NCBI GenBank assembly: GCA_964016885.1
Contig: OZ024744.1
Span: 85,126,001 to 85,190,000 of the forward strand
From: Eledone cirrhosa
Lineage: Eukaryota
DNA: 64,000 bases
Direction: 5' to 3'
Below, in pieces: positions 12,900-25,800 of the stretch. A model generated the notes under the pieces. That model searched no databases and was not told the origin of the DNA. It worked only from the letters and a program-made list of their open reading frames with translations. A program made the translations under genes and the position numbers. Every line of letters starts with the position of its first letter. Positions within the stretch are counted from its first letter, which is position 1.

Positions 12900-13420
12900 A
12901 ACAATGGAATGGTTGCTGCGCAGTATCGCATCGCTCTAGGTTGGGCAGCTTTCAATAAGAACAAAGAAGTACTAACATCAAAACTAGATTCCTACCATTT
13001 GAAGGCTAAGATCTTTGATTCTTACATCCTACCAGTTGTGTTATATGGTCTTGACTGTGTTAATTGGACGACAAGGTCACTTCAGAAGCTACCTACATTC
13101 CAGAACCACTTATGACTGGTAAGCACCTAAGCGACTGTATCTGTATAAGTGAGCTGCTCAACATTACCAGATTTAGACCAATTACATCAATTGTCAAGTC
13201 AAAAGTACTCAAACTATACGGTCATATAAAAAGGTCAACTCGTGATGTGAGTAGGTTATTCCTGGAAGGTTGTCTGGTAAGAGAAGCAGTGGCCAGCAGC
13301 CAAAACGATGGCTGGATAATGTCAACTTATGGACTGGACTTCATATTTGCTCTTTAGACTCTGCTGCTGGTGATCGAACTTTGTGGAGAAAAATATCTCA
13401 TGTTGCGTCACAAGAAGAAC
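12900..13420 (+). mobile_element. RTE-clade LINE 3' fragment
   Basis: RIALGWAAFNKNKEVL..LKAKIFDSYILPVVLYG..W, KLYGHIKR; frameshifted. Confidence 0.7.
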
Positions 13421-13709
13421 CATACCCCTAACCGTTTCTTCACTGCTTAATTAAACAATCATATTTCTCATTGCGTTAAATATATTAGTATTAACGTAAC
13501 TGAATTACCATAACAAAGTTAAATAAAAATAGTCGCACGACAGAAAAAATTATGCCTAGTGTTTGTATAAAGATTAAGTATAAACTCTACTTGTGGATCC
13601 AGCAAGCTAATAGTAGCAAATGAGTGGGTAAGTGAATGATAAAGAAATTGTTTGTGGGATAAGCTGAGGAATTCTTAATTAATAAAGATATATTATCTAT
13701 TTTTTTTAA

Positions 13710-13882
13710 AATAATTGTTTCTACTTTAGGTACAAGGCCAGCAATTACCTAGTGCATTACTTGTACTTTATTTTATCAACCCCGTAAGGATGAAAGGCAT
13801 AGTCAACCTCGGCGGGATTTGAACTCAGATCGTAAAGGGACGTAACTATGCTGGAAAGCATGGCGTCCGACCCTCTACCGAT
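13710..13882 (-). mobile_element. SINE family A
   Basis: Reverse complement of the family A consensus. Confidence 0.85.
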
Positions 13883-14239
13883 ATTTTTTTTTTAATAATA
13901 CATTTAAAACCTTGTCGCAGTATGGTGTTTGATTACGTCCCACGCAAATGGTAGTTATCATTGTTCTTGGACAAAGGTACTCGCTGCCTTAGTTACTGCC
14001 AACATCATTCTTATAACTGAAAACTCATTGGTTATCTCTTGTTTTATAGATCTTTTAAAAAAAAGTTATTCCATATAGACGTTCTCTTTGTTCATTTGAT
14101 TATTTTGGCACTCAATCAAACGATAATTTCTTAATATCCTCAGGCTCAAAAAAAAATATCAGCTGAATGTATCATCATTATGAGCTTTCTATCTATTTCT
14201 TTGCAATTCCATACAATTAGTGCTACAAATTGTCTAGAT

Positions 14240-14500
14240 CAGTCATTGGCAACCTGCGGCCTGCGAAGCTTTCTGAATGGACGCCTAAGTCACCTAAGTG
14301 AAATCTTTCTGATTTTTTACCCTAACTTTTCAGTCGTAATTTATCTATCTATCATTTTTACGATCGTGTACGAATTCGGAAGAAACAAATCAAAATAACC
14401 TGAGTTACGCCCCTTTTTTTAATGTGAGCACGAATGTAAATTAGCACTTGCGACCCGCCTGATTATGAGCCCGCTTCTCGAAAAAGGTTGCCCCTGCCTG
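14240..14500. mobile_element. hAT (Charlie-like) MITE
   Basis: Perfect 8-bp TSD GTCTAGAT at 14232-14239 and 14501-14508; imperfect TIRs CAG....GGCAACC / GGTTGCC....CTG. Confidence 0.8.
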
Positions 14501-15320
14501 GTCTAGATATTGATGAAAAAGTACAGTATAAAGTTACAGCGAATAAGGATAGTAATCAAAAAGCAGTAAATCGGATCCTTTGGAAGAATCCCATTTCGGC
14601 CGCTTGTATTCACGATCGTATTCTTTCGGTCATTACCCAAGATTCATGACATAGGTAAGGGTTGACACGAATACCGAATTGAATATAGCGAGTTTGGCTT
14701 TTACACCTACCTCCCATCTTCTGATTACTGAATGCTAAAGCTAGTGCATTACTGCTCGACAAAAATACCTCCACTTTCTTACTTGAAAAAAGTTACATCT
14801 ACGGTGCAAATTTGGTGCCGTTTGATCCAGCCGTTTGGCCAAAAGTATAGATACATACATACGACCGTCAGCTTTATTAATATAGATATGGGCATGTGGT
14901 TAGAATGTCTTGGGAAAGAATAACAGAACAGATTTTACGGACTAAACCAACCGGTATGGGACTCAGGGGTAAACTATGAGCAAGATGGTTGTATAGCATC
15001 ATTGAGCTTGGCTAGTCTCACTTGTGGATCCAGCCGGATCAGTTGGAGACGGTTGCTTCAGACAGGACCCGCTGGAGGGAGTGTTTGAGGACTCTGCTCC
15101 CACGACAATCTGGGATGAGTAAGACATCTCTTACTCATCCCAAAGTGGGTGGGAGATCTGCCCGTCTGACGGGGAGAGTACACAGGTCTGCTTCCATAAG
15201 AAATGAAAATTAGTGGCTAACTCAGCTCAGTATTACGTAATTTGCTAGAATGCATTGTATCACTCGCATCTTAGTTCTCTTATCAACATAATATCTACTT
15301 TTGACTTTGGTAGGATTATA

Positions 15321-15978
15321 ATGCAGCTGAGCATTCAATGTTGAAAACGTCACGCTAGTTCAACTATAAAAATTCAGCTACAAAGAGAAACATCATAGAC
15401 CAGGTAGTCACATGATCAGATCTCGGTTAGAGACAGCAACATCTGCTTTATAATTGAAAAGTCGGACCACGTAATGCTTTAGTAGCAAGTTATAATTTCT
15501 AACATAGAGATAAAGTCACATATTTGAGAGGAATTATATTCGATTTAATTGACTTTAGCGGAAAACTGCGCTCTCCACAAGAGTATTAAGCTGAAGCTTC
15601 TGAAGAACCTAATGATGTCATTTGGGACATAATGTTACAGGTGGGCACTGTACATCGGCTAAATGTACCAAAACACTAACGAGTCGGTCCTGGGGGAGAT
15701 GGGAATAGAGAGATAGATGGTCGGAATCATAAGGAATCGAAAGCTACACTATTTTGGTTATGTCATCAAGTGACACAGTATGTCTGACAGACCTGGACAC
15801 TGAAAACCACTGAGGACTTATATTCGATTTAACCGACATTAGCGGAAAACTGCGCTCTCCACAAGAGTATTAAGCTGAAGCTTTTGAAGAACCTAATGTG
15901 GCCAGTGACACAGTATGGCTGACAAACCTGGACACTGAAAACCACCGAGGAGTTATATTCGATGTAATTGATTTTAGC
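15321..15978 (+). repeat. Rearranged duplicate of 8797-9305
   Basis: Near-identical sequence with an internal deletion and re-ordered blocks. Confidence 0.85.
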
Positions 15979-16083
15979 TCATGTTTAGTAATCAGCAAAA
16001 AATAAAACAAAATAAAATAAAATAAAAAATACATAAAAACACACCTAAAAACCAGGCGGTGGTGTTAAAAGGCGGTGACTCAG

Positions 16084-16526
16084 TACAAGGGTTAGCTGAA
16101 ACGTTCACAGACTGACTATGAAGGAGTGATATGAAATCTTACATTCATTGATTTCAACTCTTATTATTATTAACTGCATTAGGGCGCTAGATTGGTAGTA
16201 TCGGTAGAGCGTCGGACAATATGCTTTATAGCATAGGAGTTACGCCCCTTTACGATATCAGTTCAAATCCCGCCGAGGTTAACTTTGCCTTTCATCCTTA
16301 CGAGGTCGATAAAATAAAGTACCAGTAATGCAGTGGGTCGTTTTAATCGATTTTTCCCGGGCCACAAAATGTCTGGCCTTGTCCCTAAAGTAGAAGCAAT
16401 TATTAATAATTGCATTGTTTCTTTCCGGGGACTATTTTGAAAAATAAACCTAACTTTTTTTTTTTAGGTCGGGGGAGGGGGGATCATTCCATGAGAGTAT
16501 ATTAGTCTTTTCAGACGACCCTCGTA
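16084..16526. mobile_element. mariner-type MITE containing a SINE A insertion (~16181-16405)
   Basis: TIRs TACAAGGGTTAGCTGAAA / TTTTCAGACGACCCTCGTA; body matches 16533-16725. Confidence 0.75.
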
Positions 16527-16532
16527 TATACA

Positions 16533-16725
16533 TATGAGGGTTGGTTGAAAAGCTGAAAAGTTCAAAGTCTGACTATGAAGGAGTGATGCTAGAGCTGTGA
16601 AATCTTGCATACATTAATTTCAACTCTTCCTATTAATAATCGCATTGTTTCTTTCCAGAGACTATGTTGAAAAATAAATCTCATTTGGTGATGCCATGAG
16701 AGTATCTTTTCCACCGATCCCCGTA
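16533..16725. mobile_element. mariner-type MITE (SINE-free copy)
   Basis: TIRs TATGAGGGTTGGTTGAAAAG / CTTTTCCACCGATCCCCGTA. Confidence 0.7.
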
Positions 16726-17107
16726 TGTCTACGACCTGATTCAGCTCATTTGTTGCAATGGTTTTACTGAATTTTGCAGGTTGAGCATGAACGATATCTA
16801 AAAAAAGACAACAAAAACAACAATAAAACGAAGGTAGCAATAAACAAAAAACAAAATACAAAACAACAAACAAACAAACAAACAAAAAAGCAAAGGGAAA
16901 AGTAGACAGAAGGTGAAGCAAACGAGAGAAAGAGGGTGAAACAAAGGAGAAACAACGGCCTTTCATCCTAACAGGGTCGATAAAATAAAGTACCTAAACC
17001 TAGAACGCACTGAGGTCGGTTAAATCGACTTTCCCTTCCTCCTTCAAATTGCTGGCCCTGTGCCAAAATGTAGAAAAAATTATTTTATCAATCCTCGAAG
17101 AATGAAA

Positions 17108-17510
17108 GGCGCGTGAAAGCACGTGGTCTAGTGATAAGTGTGTTGGATCATAATGTCGAGGGTTCGATTTCTGAATTGAGCAAAACATTACATTTCACGT
17201 TGCTCCAGTATACTCACGGGAAATGTCTGACCTAGTGGTAAAGGTGTTGGACTTACAATCATAATATCGTGGGTTCGATTCCTGAACTAGGTTGTGTGTT
17301 GTCTTCTTAAGCAAAATATGACATCTTACATTGTGCCAGTATTCTCGCTGGAGATGTGTGACCTAGTGCTGAGTGTGTTGGTTTTATAATCATAATGTCG
17401 CGGTTTCGATTCCTAGCTTGGGTGGTGTGTTGTTGCTCAAGTATACTCAGTTGAAAATAAGTACCAGTAATAGCTGGGGTTTTAACCCTGCAGTGGTCTC
17501 CCGACTGTCA
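17108..17510 (+). mobile_element. SINE family B (tRNA head, CORE-like TGTCCTTGAGCAAGACAC) with three tandem heads
   Basis: CTAGTG..AAG.GTGTTGG...GGTTCGATTCC repeated at ~17120, ~17225, ~17355; homologous to 42890, 52630, 53955 and 55670. Confidence 0.7.
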
Positions 17511-17579
17511 GTTCATAGGTTCAATTAAAGTATCTACACGACTGCCGAAATAATTTAGACTATGTTTGTGCTTTATTTG

Positions 17580-18078
17580 ACACAACGCCCCAAAAAAGAG
17601 CAAATATAGATGGGCTGGCTGCGTCTCTCGTTTCAGAGACAACAAAAGCGCTTTGATGGCACTTACACTCGCCTGCTTCAACGTATTCAGAACATAGGAT
17701 GGCAACATCTGACTTTGAGAAAAATATATGCCGGCCTCGCACGTTTACCTGACGTTGTACGTAAAAGGAGAGTAAGATTTGCTTGCCACTGCCATCGTGC
17801 CCCCTATGAGGCTGTGTCCGCATTAGTGCTTTGGAAACCACAATCAGTCACTAATAACATGGGGTGCAAGCTCTCCTACCCCAATGTCATCTCCAACGAT
17901 TCTGGTATTGAAATCCAGGACTTGGCAACGGCAATGAACGACAGACCCACGTGGAGATCAATTGTTGAGTCCATTTCGGCTGAGGCCGTCGGATGATGAT
18001 GATGATGGTGATGATGATGGTGACGATGACGATGACTTTGACGAGGACGACGACGACGATGATGATGATGATGATGAT
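17580..18078 (+). mobile_element. RTE-like LINE 3' end with (TGA)n tail
   Basis: ORF 17610..17996 RRVRFACHCHRA...AMNDRPTWR, homologous to 11548-11836. Confidence 0.75.
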
Positions 18079-18547
18079 TAGAGTGACAGGGTGGACACTA
18101 AGGCATTGGAGAAGAACCAGAGGGTGGCCTAAAGGCCAGATGGCACAATGTTCTGACCCGATACCTAAGCCCTACATTGCCCAATATGGTCATAGATAAG
18201 AAGCGGTGGAGATCACTCAGGGAGAGGGGTTCCTTTAATAGGATTGATAAGGCCCAAGACTTTGGATTTGGGATTTTGGACGGCAATAAAAATCAGCTGA
18301 ATAAGGTTGTAGGCCTTGGAGAGGGGCAGATTCCACTCCGCTGCGAGCATTCGGAAAAGGTCTCCGACCTGGTGGCAACTTCCACCAGCCTCGGATGCCA
18401 TATGAAAATCAAGACCGCTGCTTTTCATTCTTTTACTGAACAATAAACAAAATCTCTACATTGAATTAAGTTCATAATTCTCCTGCACAGCCAACATTAG
18501 ATTGTTAGCCACGAGTTTATATTTTTCATTTTTTTTTTTAATATATA

Positions 18548-18702
18548 CAGTGAAATTCCATTATAACGAAATTCACTGGTATAAAAAAAAAATCGAACGA
18601 GATCGACCTAACATATCGAGCATGTGGCCGGGAATTGAAAAAAAATTTGCTTATACTAAAAAATTCGTTATAATGGTATTCGTTATAACGGAATTTTACC
18701 TG
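18548..18702. mobile_element. Tc1/pogo-type MITE
   Basis: TA-flanked TIRs CAGTGAAATTCCATTATAACGAA / TTCGTTATAACGGAATTTTACCTG. Confidence 0.8.
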
Positions 18703-18782
18703 TATGTCTATCATCAATATTTATCAATTAATCTATATTTTCAATTTTTTTAAAAAAGATTTTATAACAAAGACATTTTATC

Positions 18783-19800
18783 GTTATGAAGCAGTGCTCC
18801 TCTCTCTCTATATTCCTCATGTCCATGTAGCTCTGTTATGAAGCTATCAGCCTTTCTCTATATTCCTCATGTCCATGTAGCTCTGTTATGAAGCTATCAG
18901 CCTCTCTCTCTATATCCCTCATGTCCATGTAGCTCTGTTATGAAGCTATCAGCCTCTCTCTATATCCCTCATGTCCATGTAGCTCTGTTATGAAGCTATC
19001 AGCCTCTCTCTCTATATCCCTCATGTCCATGTAGCTCTGTTATGAAGCTATCAGCCTCTCTCTATATCCCTCATGTCCATGTAGCTCTGTTATGAAGCTA
19101 TCAGCCTCTCTCTATATCCCTCATGTCCATGTAGCTCTGTTATGAAGCTATCAGCCTCTCTCTATATCCCTCATGTCCATGTAGCTCTGTTATGAAGCTA
19201 TCAGCCTCTCTCTATATCCCTCATGTCCATGTAGCTCTGTTATGAAGCTATCAGCATTTCTCTATATCCCTCATGTCCATGTAGCTCTGTTATGAAGCTA
19301 TCAGCCTCTCTCTATATCCCCTCATGCCCATGTAGCTCTGTTATGAAGCTATCAGCCTTTCTCTATATCCCTCATGTCCATGTAGCTCTGTTATGAAGCT
19401 ATCAGCCTCTCTCTATATACCTCATGCCCATGTAGCTCTGTTATGAAGCTATCAGCCTCTCTCTATATACCTCATGTCCATGTAGCTCTGTTATGAAGCT
19501 ATCAGCCTCTCTCTATATACCTCATGCCCATGTAGCTCTGTTATGAAGCTATCAGCCTCTCTCTATATACCTCATGTCCATGTAGCTCTGTTATGAAGCT
19601 ATCAGCCTTTCTCTATATTTCTCATGTCCATGTAGCTCTATTTTATCGTTGCCCCCCCCCCCATCTCTATGTATCCCTCATGCCCATGTAGCACTGTTAT
19701 ATCGCTGTCCACCTCTTTATATTCTCCATGTACATATAGCTCTATTATATCGTTGTCCTCCCCCCTCTCTCTATATTCCTCATGTCCATGTAGCTCTATA
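18783..19800. repeat. 50-bp minisatellite, ~20 copies
   Basis: Unit TCATGTCCATGTAGCTCTGTTATGAAGCTATCAGCCTCTCTCTATATCCC; terminal copies degenerate. Confidence 0.95.
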
Positions 19801-19859
19801 TATCGTGGCTGTATTTAACGTATTGTTTCCCATCTCTGATCTCATTATGTGTTACTATT

Positions 19860-22800
19860 GTCGTTATTGTTATTGTTGTTGCTATTGTCATCGGTGTTGC
19901 TGTCGTTATTGTCATCGTTATTGTCATCGTTATTGTCATCGGTGTTGCTGTTGTTATTGTCGTCTGTGTTGCTGTCGTCATTGTCATCGGTGTTGCTGTC
20001 GTTATTGTCATCGGTGTTGCTGTTGTTATTGTCATCGGTGTTGCTGTTGTTATTGTCATCAGTATTGCGGTCGTTATTGTCATCGGTGTTGCTGTCGTTA
20101 TTGTCATCGGTGTTGCTGTTGTTATTGTCATCAGTATTGCTGTCGTTATTGTCATCAGTGTTGCTGTCGTTATTGTCATCAGTGTTGCTGTCGTTATTGT
20201 CATCGGTGTTGCTGTTGTTATTGTCATCTGTGTTGCTGTTGTTATTGTCATCATTATTGCTGTCGTTATTGTCATCAGTGTTGTTGTTGTTATTGTCATC
20301 GGTGTTGCTGTCGTTATTGTCATCGGTGTTGCTGTTGTTATTGTCATCAGTGTTGCTGTTGTTATTGTCATCGGTGTTGCTGTCGTTATTGTCATCGGTG
20401 TTGCTGTTGTTATTGTCATCGGTGTTGCTGTCGTTATTGTCATCGGTGTTGCTGTCGTTATTGTCATCGGTGTTGCTGTCGTTACTGTCATTGGTGTTGC
20501 TGTCGTTATTGTCATCAGTGTTGCTGTTGTTATTGTCATCGGTGTTGCTGTCGTTATTGTCATCTGTGTTGCTGTCGTTATTGTCATCGGTGTTGCTGTC
20601 GTTACTGTCATCAGTGTTGCTGTCGTTATTGTCATCGGTGTTGCTGTCGTTATTGTCATCGGTGTTGCTGTTGTTATTGTCATCAGTGTTGCTGTCATCA
20701 TTGTCGTCGGTGTTGCTGTTGTTATTGTCATCGGTGTTGCTGTCGTTATTGTCATCGGTGTTGCTCTTGTTATTTTCATCGGTGTTGCTGTCGTTATTGT
20801 CATCAGTGTTGCTGTTGTTATTGTCATCGGTGTTGCTGTCGTTATTGTCATCGGTGTTGCTCTTGTTATTGTCATTGGTGTTGCTGTCGTTATTGTCATC
20901 GGTGTTGCTGTCGTTATTGTCGTCGGTGTTGCTGTCGTTATTGTCATCGGTGTTGCTGTTGTTATTGTCATCGGTGTTGCTGTCGTTATTGTCATCGGTG
21001 TTGCTCTTGTTATTTTCATCGGTGTTGCTGTCGTTATTGTCATCAGTGTTGCTGTTGTTATTGTCATCGGTGTTGCTGTCGTTATTGTCATCGGTGTTGC
21101 TGTCGTCATTGTCATCGGTGTTGCTGTTGTTATTGTCGTCGGTGTTGCTGTCGTTATTTTCATCGGTGTTGTTGTCGTTATTGTCATCGGTGTTGCTGTT
21201 GTTATTGTCATCGGTGTTGCTGTTGTTATTGTCATCGGTGTTGCTGTTGTTATTGTCATCGGTGTTGCTGTTGTTATTGTCATCGGTGTTGCTGTCGTTA
21301 TTGTCGTCGGTGTTGCTGTCGTTATTTTCATCGGTGTTGTTGTCGTTATTGTCATCGGTGTTGCTGTTGTTATTGTCATCAGTGTTGCTGTCGTTATTGT
21401 CATCGGTGTTGCTGTCGTTATTGTCATCGGTGTTGCTGTTGTTATTGTCATCGGTGTTGCTGTTGTTATTGTCATCGGTGTTGCTCTTGTTATTGTCATC
21501 GGTGTTGCTGTTGTTATTGTCATCTGTGTTGCTGTCGTTATTGTCATCGGTGTTGCTGTTGTTATTGTCATCGGTGTTGCTGTTGTTATTGTCATCAGTG
21601 TTGCTGTTGTTATTGTCATCGGTGTTGCTGTCGTTATTGTCATCGGTGTTGCTGTCGTTATTGTCATCGGTGTTGCTGTCGTTATTGTCATCGGTGTTGC
21701 TGTCGTTATTGTCATCGGTGTTGCTGTCGTTATTGTCATCGGTGTTGCTGTCGTTATTGTCATCGGTGTTGTTGTCGTTATTGTCATCGGTGTTGCTGTC
21801 GTTATTGTCATCGGTGTTGCTGTCGTTATTGTCATCGGTGTTGCTGTTGTTATTGTCATCGGTGTTGCTGTCGTCATTGTCATCGGTGTTGCTGTTGTTA
21901 TTGTCATCAGTGTTGCTGTCGTTATTGTCATCGGTGTTGCTGTTGTTATTGTCATCGGTGTTGCTGTTGTTATTGTCATCGGTGTTGCTGTCGTTATTGT
22001 CATCGGTGTTGCTGTCGTTATTGTCATCGGTGTTGCTGTGGTCATTGTCATCGGTGTTGCTGTCGTTATTGTCATCGGTGTTGCTGTTGTTATTGTCATC
22101 TGTGTTGCTGTCGTTATTGTCATCGGTGTTGCTGTCGTCATTGTTATCGGTGTTGCTGTCGTTATTGTCATCGGTGTTGCTGTCGTCATTGTCATCGGTG
22201 TTGCTGTCGTTATTGTCATCGGTGTTGCTGTTGTTATTGTCATCGGTGTTGCTGTCGTTATTGTCATCGGTGTTGCTGTCGTTATTATCATCTGTGTTGC
22301 TGTCGTTATTGTCATTGGTGTTGCTGTCGTTATTGTCATCAGTGTTGCTGTTGTTATTGTCATCGGTGTTGCTGTCGTTATTGTCATCGGTGTTGCTGTC
22401 GTTATTATCATCTGTGTTGTTGTCGTTACTGTCATTGGTGTTGCTGTCGTTATTGTCATCAGTGTTGCTGTTGTTATTGTCATCGGTGTTGCTGTCGTTA
22501 TTGTCATTGGTGTTGCTGTCGTTATTGTCATCGGTGTTGCTGTCGTTATTGTCATCGGTGTTGCTGTTGTTATTGTCATCGGTGTTGCTGTTGTTATTGT
22601 CATCGGTGTTGCTGTCGTTATTGTCATCGGTGTTGCTGTCGTTATTGTCATCGGTGTTGCTGTCGTTCTTGTCATCGGTGTTGCTGTCGTTATTGTCATC
22701 GGTGTTGCTGTCGTTATTGTCATCGGTGTTGCTGTCGTCATTGTCATCGGTGTTGCTGTCGTTATTGTCATCAGTGTTGCTGCCGTTATTGTCATCGGTG

Positions 22801-25800
22801 TTGCTGTCGTTATTGTCATCGGTGTTGCTGTCGTCATTGTCATCGGTGTTGCTGTCGTTATTGTCATCGGTGTTGCTGTCGTTATTGTCATCGGTGTTGC
22901 TGTCGTTATTGTCATCGGTGTTGCTGTCGTTATTGTCATCGGTGTTGCTGTCGTTATTGTCATCGGTGTTGCTGTCGTCATTGTCATCGGTGTTGCTGTC
23001 GTTATTGTCATCGGTGTTGCTGTCGTTATTGTCATCGGTGTTGCTGTTGTTATTGTCATCGGTGTTGCTGTCGTTATTGTCATCGGTGTTGCTGTCGTTA
23101 TTGTCATCGGTGTTGCTGTCGTTATTGTCATCGGTGTTGCTGTTGTTATTGTCATCGGTGTTGCTGTTGTTATTGTCATCGGTGTTGCTGTTGTTATTGT
23201 CATCGGTGTTGCTGTTGTTATTGTCATCGGTGTTGCTGTCGTTATTGTCATCGGTGTTGCTGTCGTTATTGTCATCGGTGTTGCTGTTGTTATTGTCATC
23301 AGTGTTGCTGTCGTTATTGTCATCAGTGTTGCTGTTGTTATTGTCATCGGTGTTGCTGTCGTTATTGTCATCGGTGTTGCTGTCGTCATTGTCATCGGTG
23401 TTGCTGTCGTTATTGTCATCGGTGTTGCTGTCGTCATTGTCATCGGTGTTGCTGTCGTTATTGTCATCGGTGTTGCTGTCGTTATTGTCATCGGTGTTGC
23501 TGTTGTTATTGTCATCGGTGTTGCTGTTGTTATTGTCATCGGTGTTGCTGTTGTTATTGTGATCGGTGTTGCTGTTGTTATTGTCATCGGTGTTGCTGTT
23601 GTTATTGTCATCGGTGTTGCTGTCGTCATTGTCATCGGTGTTGCTGTCGTTATTGTCATCGGTGTTGCTGTTGTTATTGTCATCGGTGTTTCTGTCGTTA
23701 TTGTCATCGGTGTTGCTGTCGTTATTGTCATCGGTGTTGCTGTTGTTATTGTCATCGGTGTTGCTGTCGTTATTGTCATCGGTGTTGTTGTCGTTATTGT
23801 CATCGGTGTTGCTGTTGTTATTGTCATCGGTGTTGCTGTCGTTATTGTCATCGGTGTTGCTGTCGTTATTGTCATCGGTGTTGCTGTCGTTATTGTCATC
23901 GGTGTTGCTGTCGTTATTGTCATTGGTGTTGCTGTCGTTACTGTCATTGGTGTTGCTGTCGTTATTGTCATCAGTGTTGCTGTTGTTATTGTCATCGGTG
24001 TTGCTGTCGTTATTGTCATCGGTGTTGCTGTCGTTATTGTCATCATTATTGCTGTCGTTATTGTCATCGGTGTTGCTGTCGTTATTGTCATCGGTGTTGC
24101 TGTCGTTATTGTCATCATTATTGCTGTCGTTATTGTCATCGGTGTTGCTGTCGTTATTGTCATCGGTGTTGCTGTCGTTACTGTCATCAGTGTTGCTGTC
24201 GTTACTGTCATTGGTGTTGCTGTCGTTATTGTCATCGGTGTTGCTGTCGTTATTGTCATCGGTGTTGCTGTCGTTACTGTCATCAGTGTTGCTGTCGTTA
24301 TTGTCATCGGTGTTGCTGTTGTTATTGTCATCGGTGTTGCTGTCGTTATTGTCATCGGTGTTGCTGTCGTTATTGTCATCGGTGTTGCTGTTGTTATTGT
24401 CATCGGTGTTGCTGTCGTTATTGTCATCGGTGTTGCTGTCGTTATTGTCATCGGTGTTGCTGTCGTTATTGTCATCGGTGTTGCTGTCGTTATTGTCATT
24501 GGTGTTGCTGTCGTTATTGTCATCGGTGTTGCTGTCGTTATTGTCATCGGTGTTGCTGTCGTTATTGTCATCGGTGTTGCTGTCGTTATTGTCATTGGTG
24601 TTGCTGTCGTTATTGTCATCGGTGTTGCTGTCGTTATTGTCATCGGTGTTGCTGTTGTTATTGTCATCAGTGTTGCTGTCGTTATTGTCATCGGTGTTGC
24701 TGTCGTTATTGTCATCGGTGTTGCTGTCGTTATTGTCATCGGTGTTGCTGTCGTTATTGTCATTGGTGTTGCTGTCGTTATTGTCATCGGTGTTGCTGTC
24801 GTTATTGTCATCGGTGTTGCTGTCGTTACTGTCATCAGTGTTGCTGTCGTTATTGTCATCGGTGTTGCTGTTGTTATTGTCATCGGTGTTGCTGTCGTTA
24901 TTGTCATCGGTGTTGCTGTCGTTATTGTCATCATTATTGCTGTCGTTATTGTCATCAGTGTTGCTGTTGTTATTGTCATCTGTGTTGCTGTCGTTATTGT
25001 CATCGGTGTTGCTGTCGTTACTGTCATCAGTGTTGCTGTCGTTATTGTCATCGGTGTTGCTGTCGTTATTGTCATCGGTGTTGCTGTTGTTATTGTCATC
25101 AGTGTTGCTGTTGTTATTGTCATCGGTGTTGCTGTCGTTATTGTCATCGGTGTTGCTGTTGTTATTGTCATCGGTGTTGCTGTCGTTATTGTCATCGGTG
25201 TTGCTGTCGTTATTGTCATCGGTGTTGCTGTTGTTATTGTCATCGGTGTTGCTGTTGTTATTGTCATCGGTGTTGCTGTTGTTATTGTCATCGGTGTTGC
25301 TGTCGTTATTGTCATCGGTGTTGCTGTCGTTATTGTCATCGGTGTTGCTGTCGTTATTGTCATCGGTGTTGCTGTTGTTATTGTCATCGGTGTTGCTGTC
25401 GTTATTGTCATCGGTGTTGCTGTCGTTCTTGTCATCGGTGTTGCTGTCGTTATTGTCATCGGTGTTGCTGTCGTTATTGTCATCGGTGTTGCTGTCGTTA
25501 TTGTCATCGGTGTTGCTGTCGTTATTGTCATCGGTGTTGCTGTCGTTTTTGTCATCGGTGTTGCTGTTGTTATTATCATCGGTGTTGCTGTCGTTATTGT
25601 CATCGGTGTTGCTGTCGTTATTGTCATCGGTGTTGCTCTTGTTACTGTCATCGGTGTTGCTGTCGTTATTGTCATCGGTGTTGCTGTCGTTATTGTCATC
25701 GGTGTTGCTGTCGTTATTGTCATCGGTGTTGCTGTTGTTATTGTCATCGGTGTTGCTGCCGTTATTGTCATCGGTGTTGCTGTCGTTTTTGTCATCGGTG

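Noticed and set aside
14770-14890. Helitron/Helentron-like ends here and at ~56580-56810
   Set aside because: Only vague resemblance; both termini could not be defined
18783-19800. CRISPR-like regular array
   Set aside because: Units are contiguous with no unique spacers, there are no cas genes, and the context is eukaryotic
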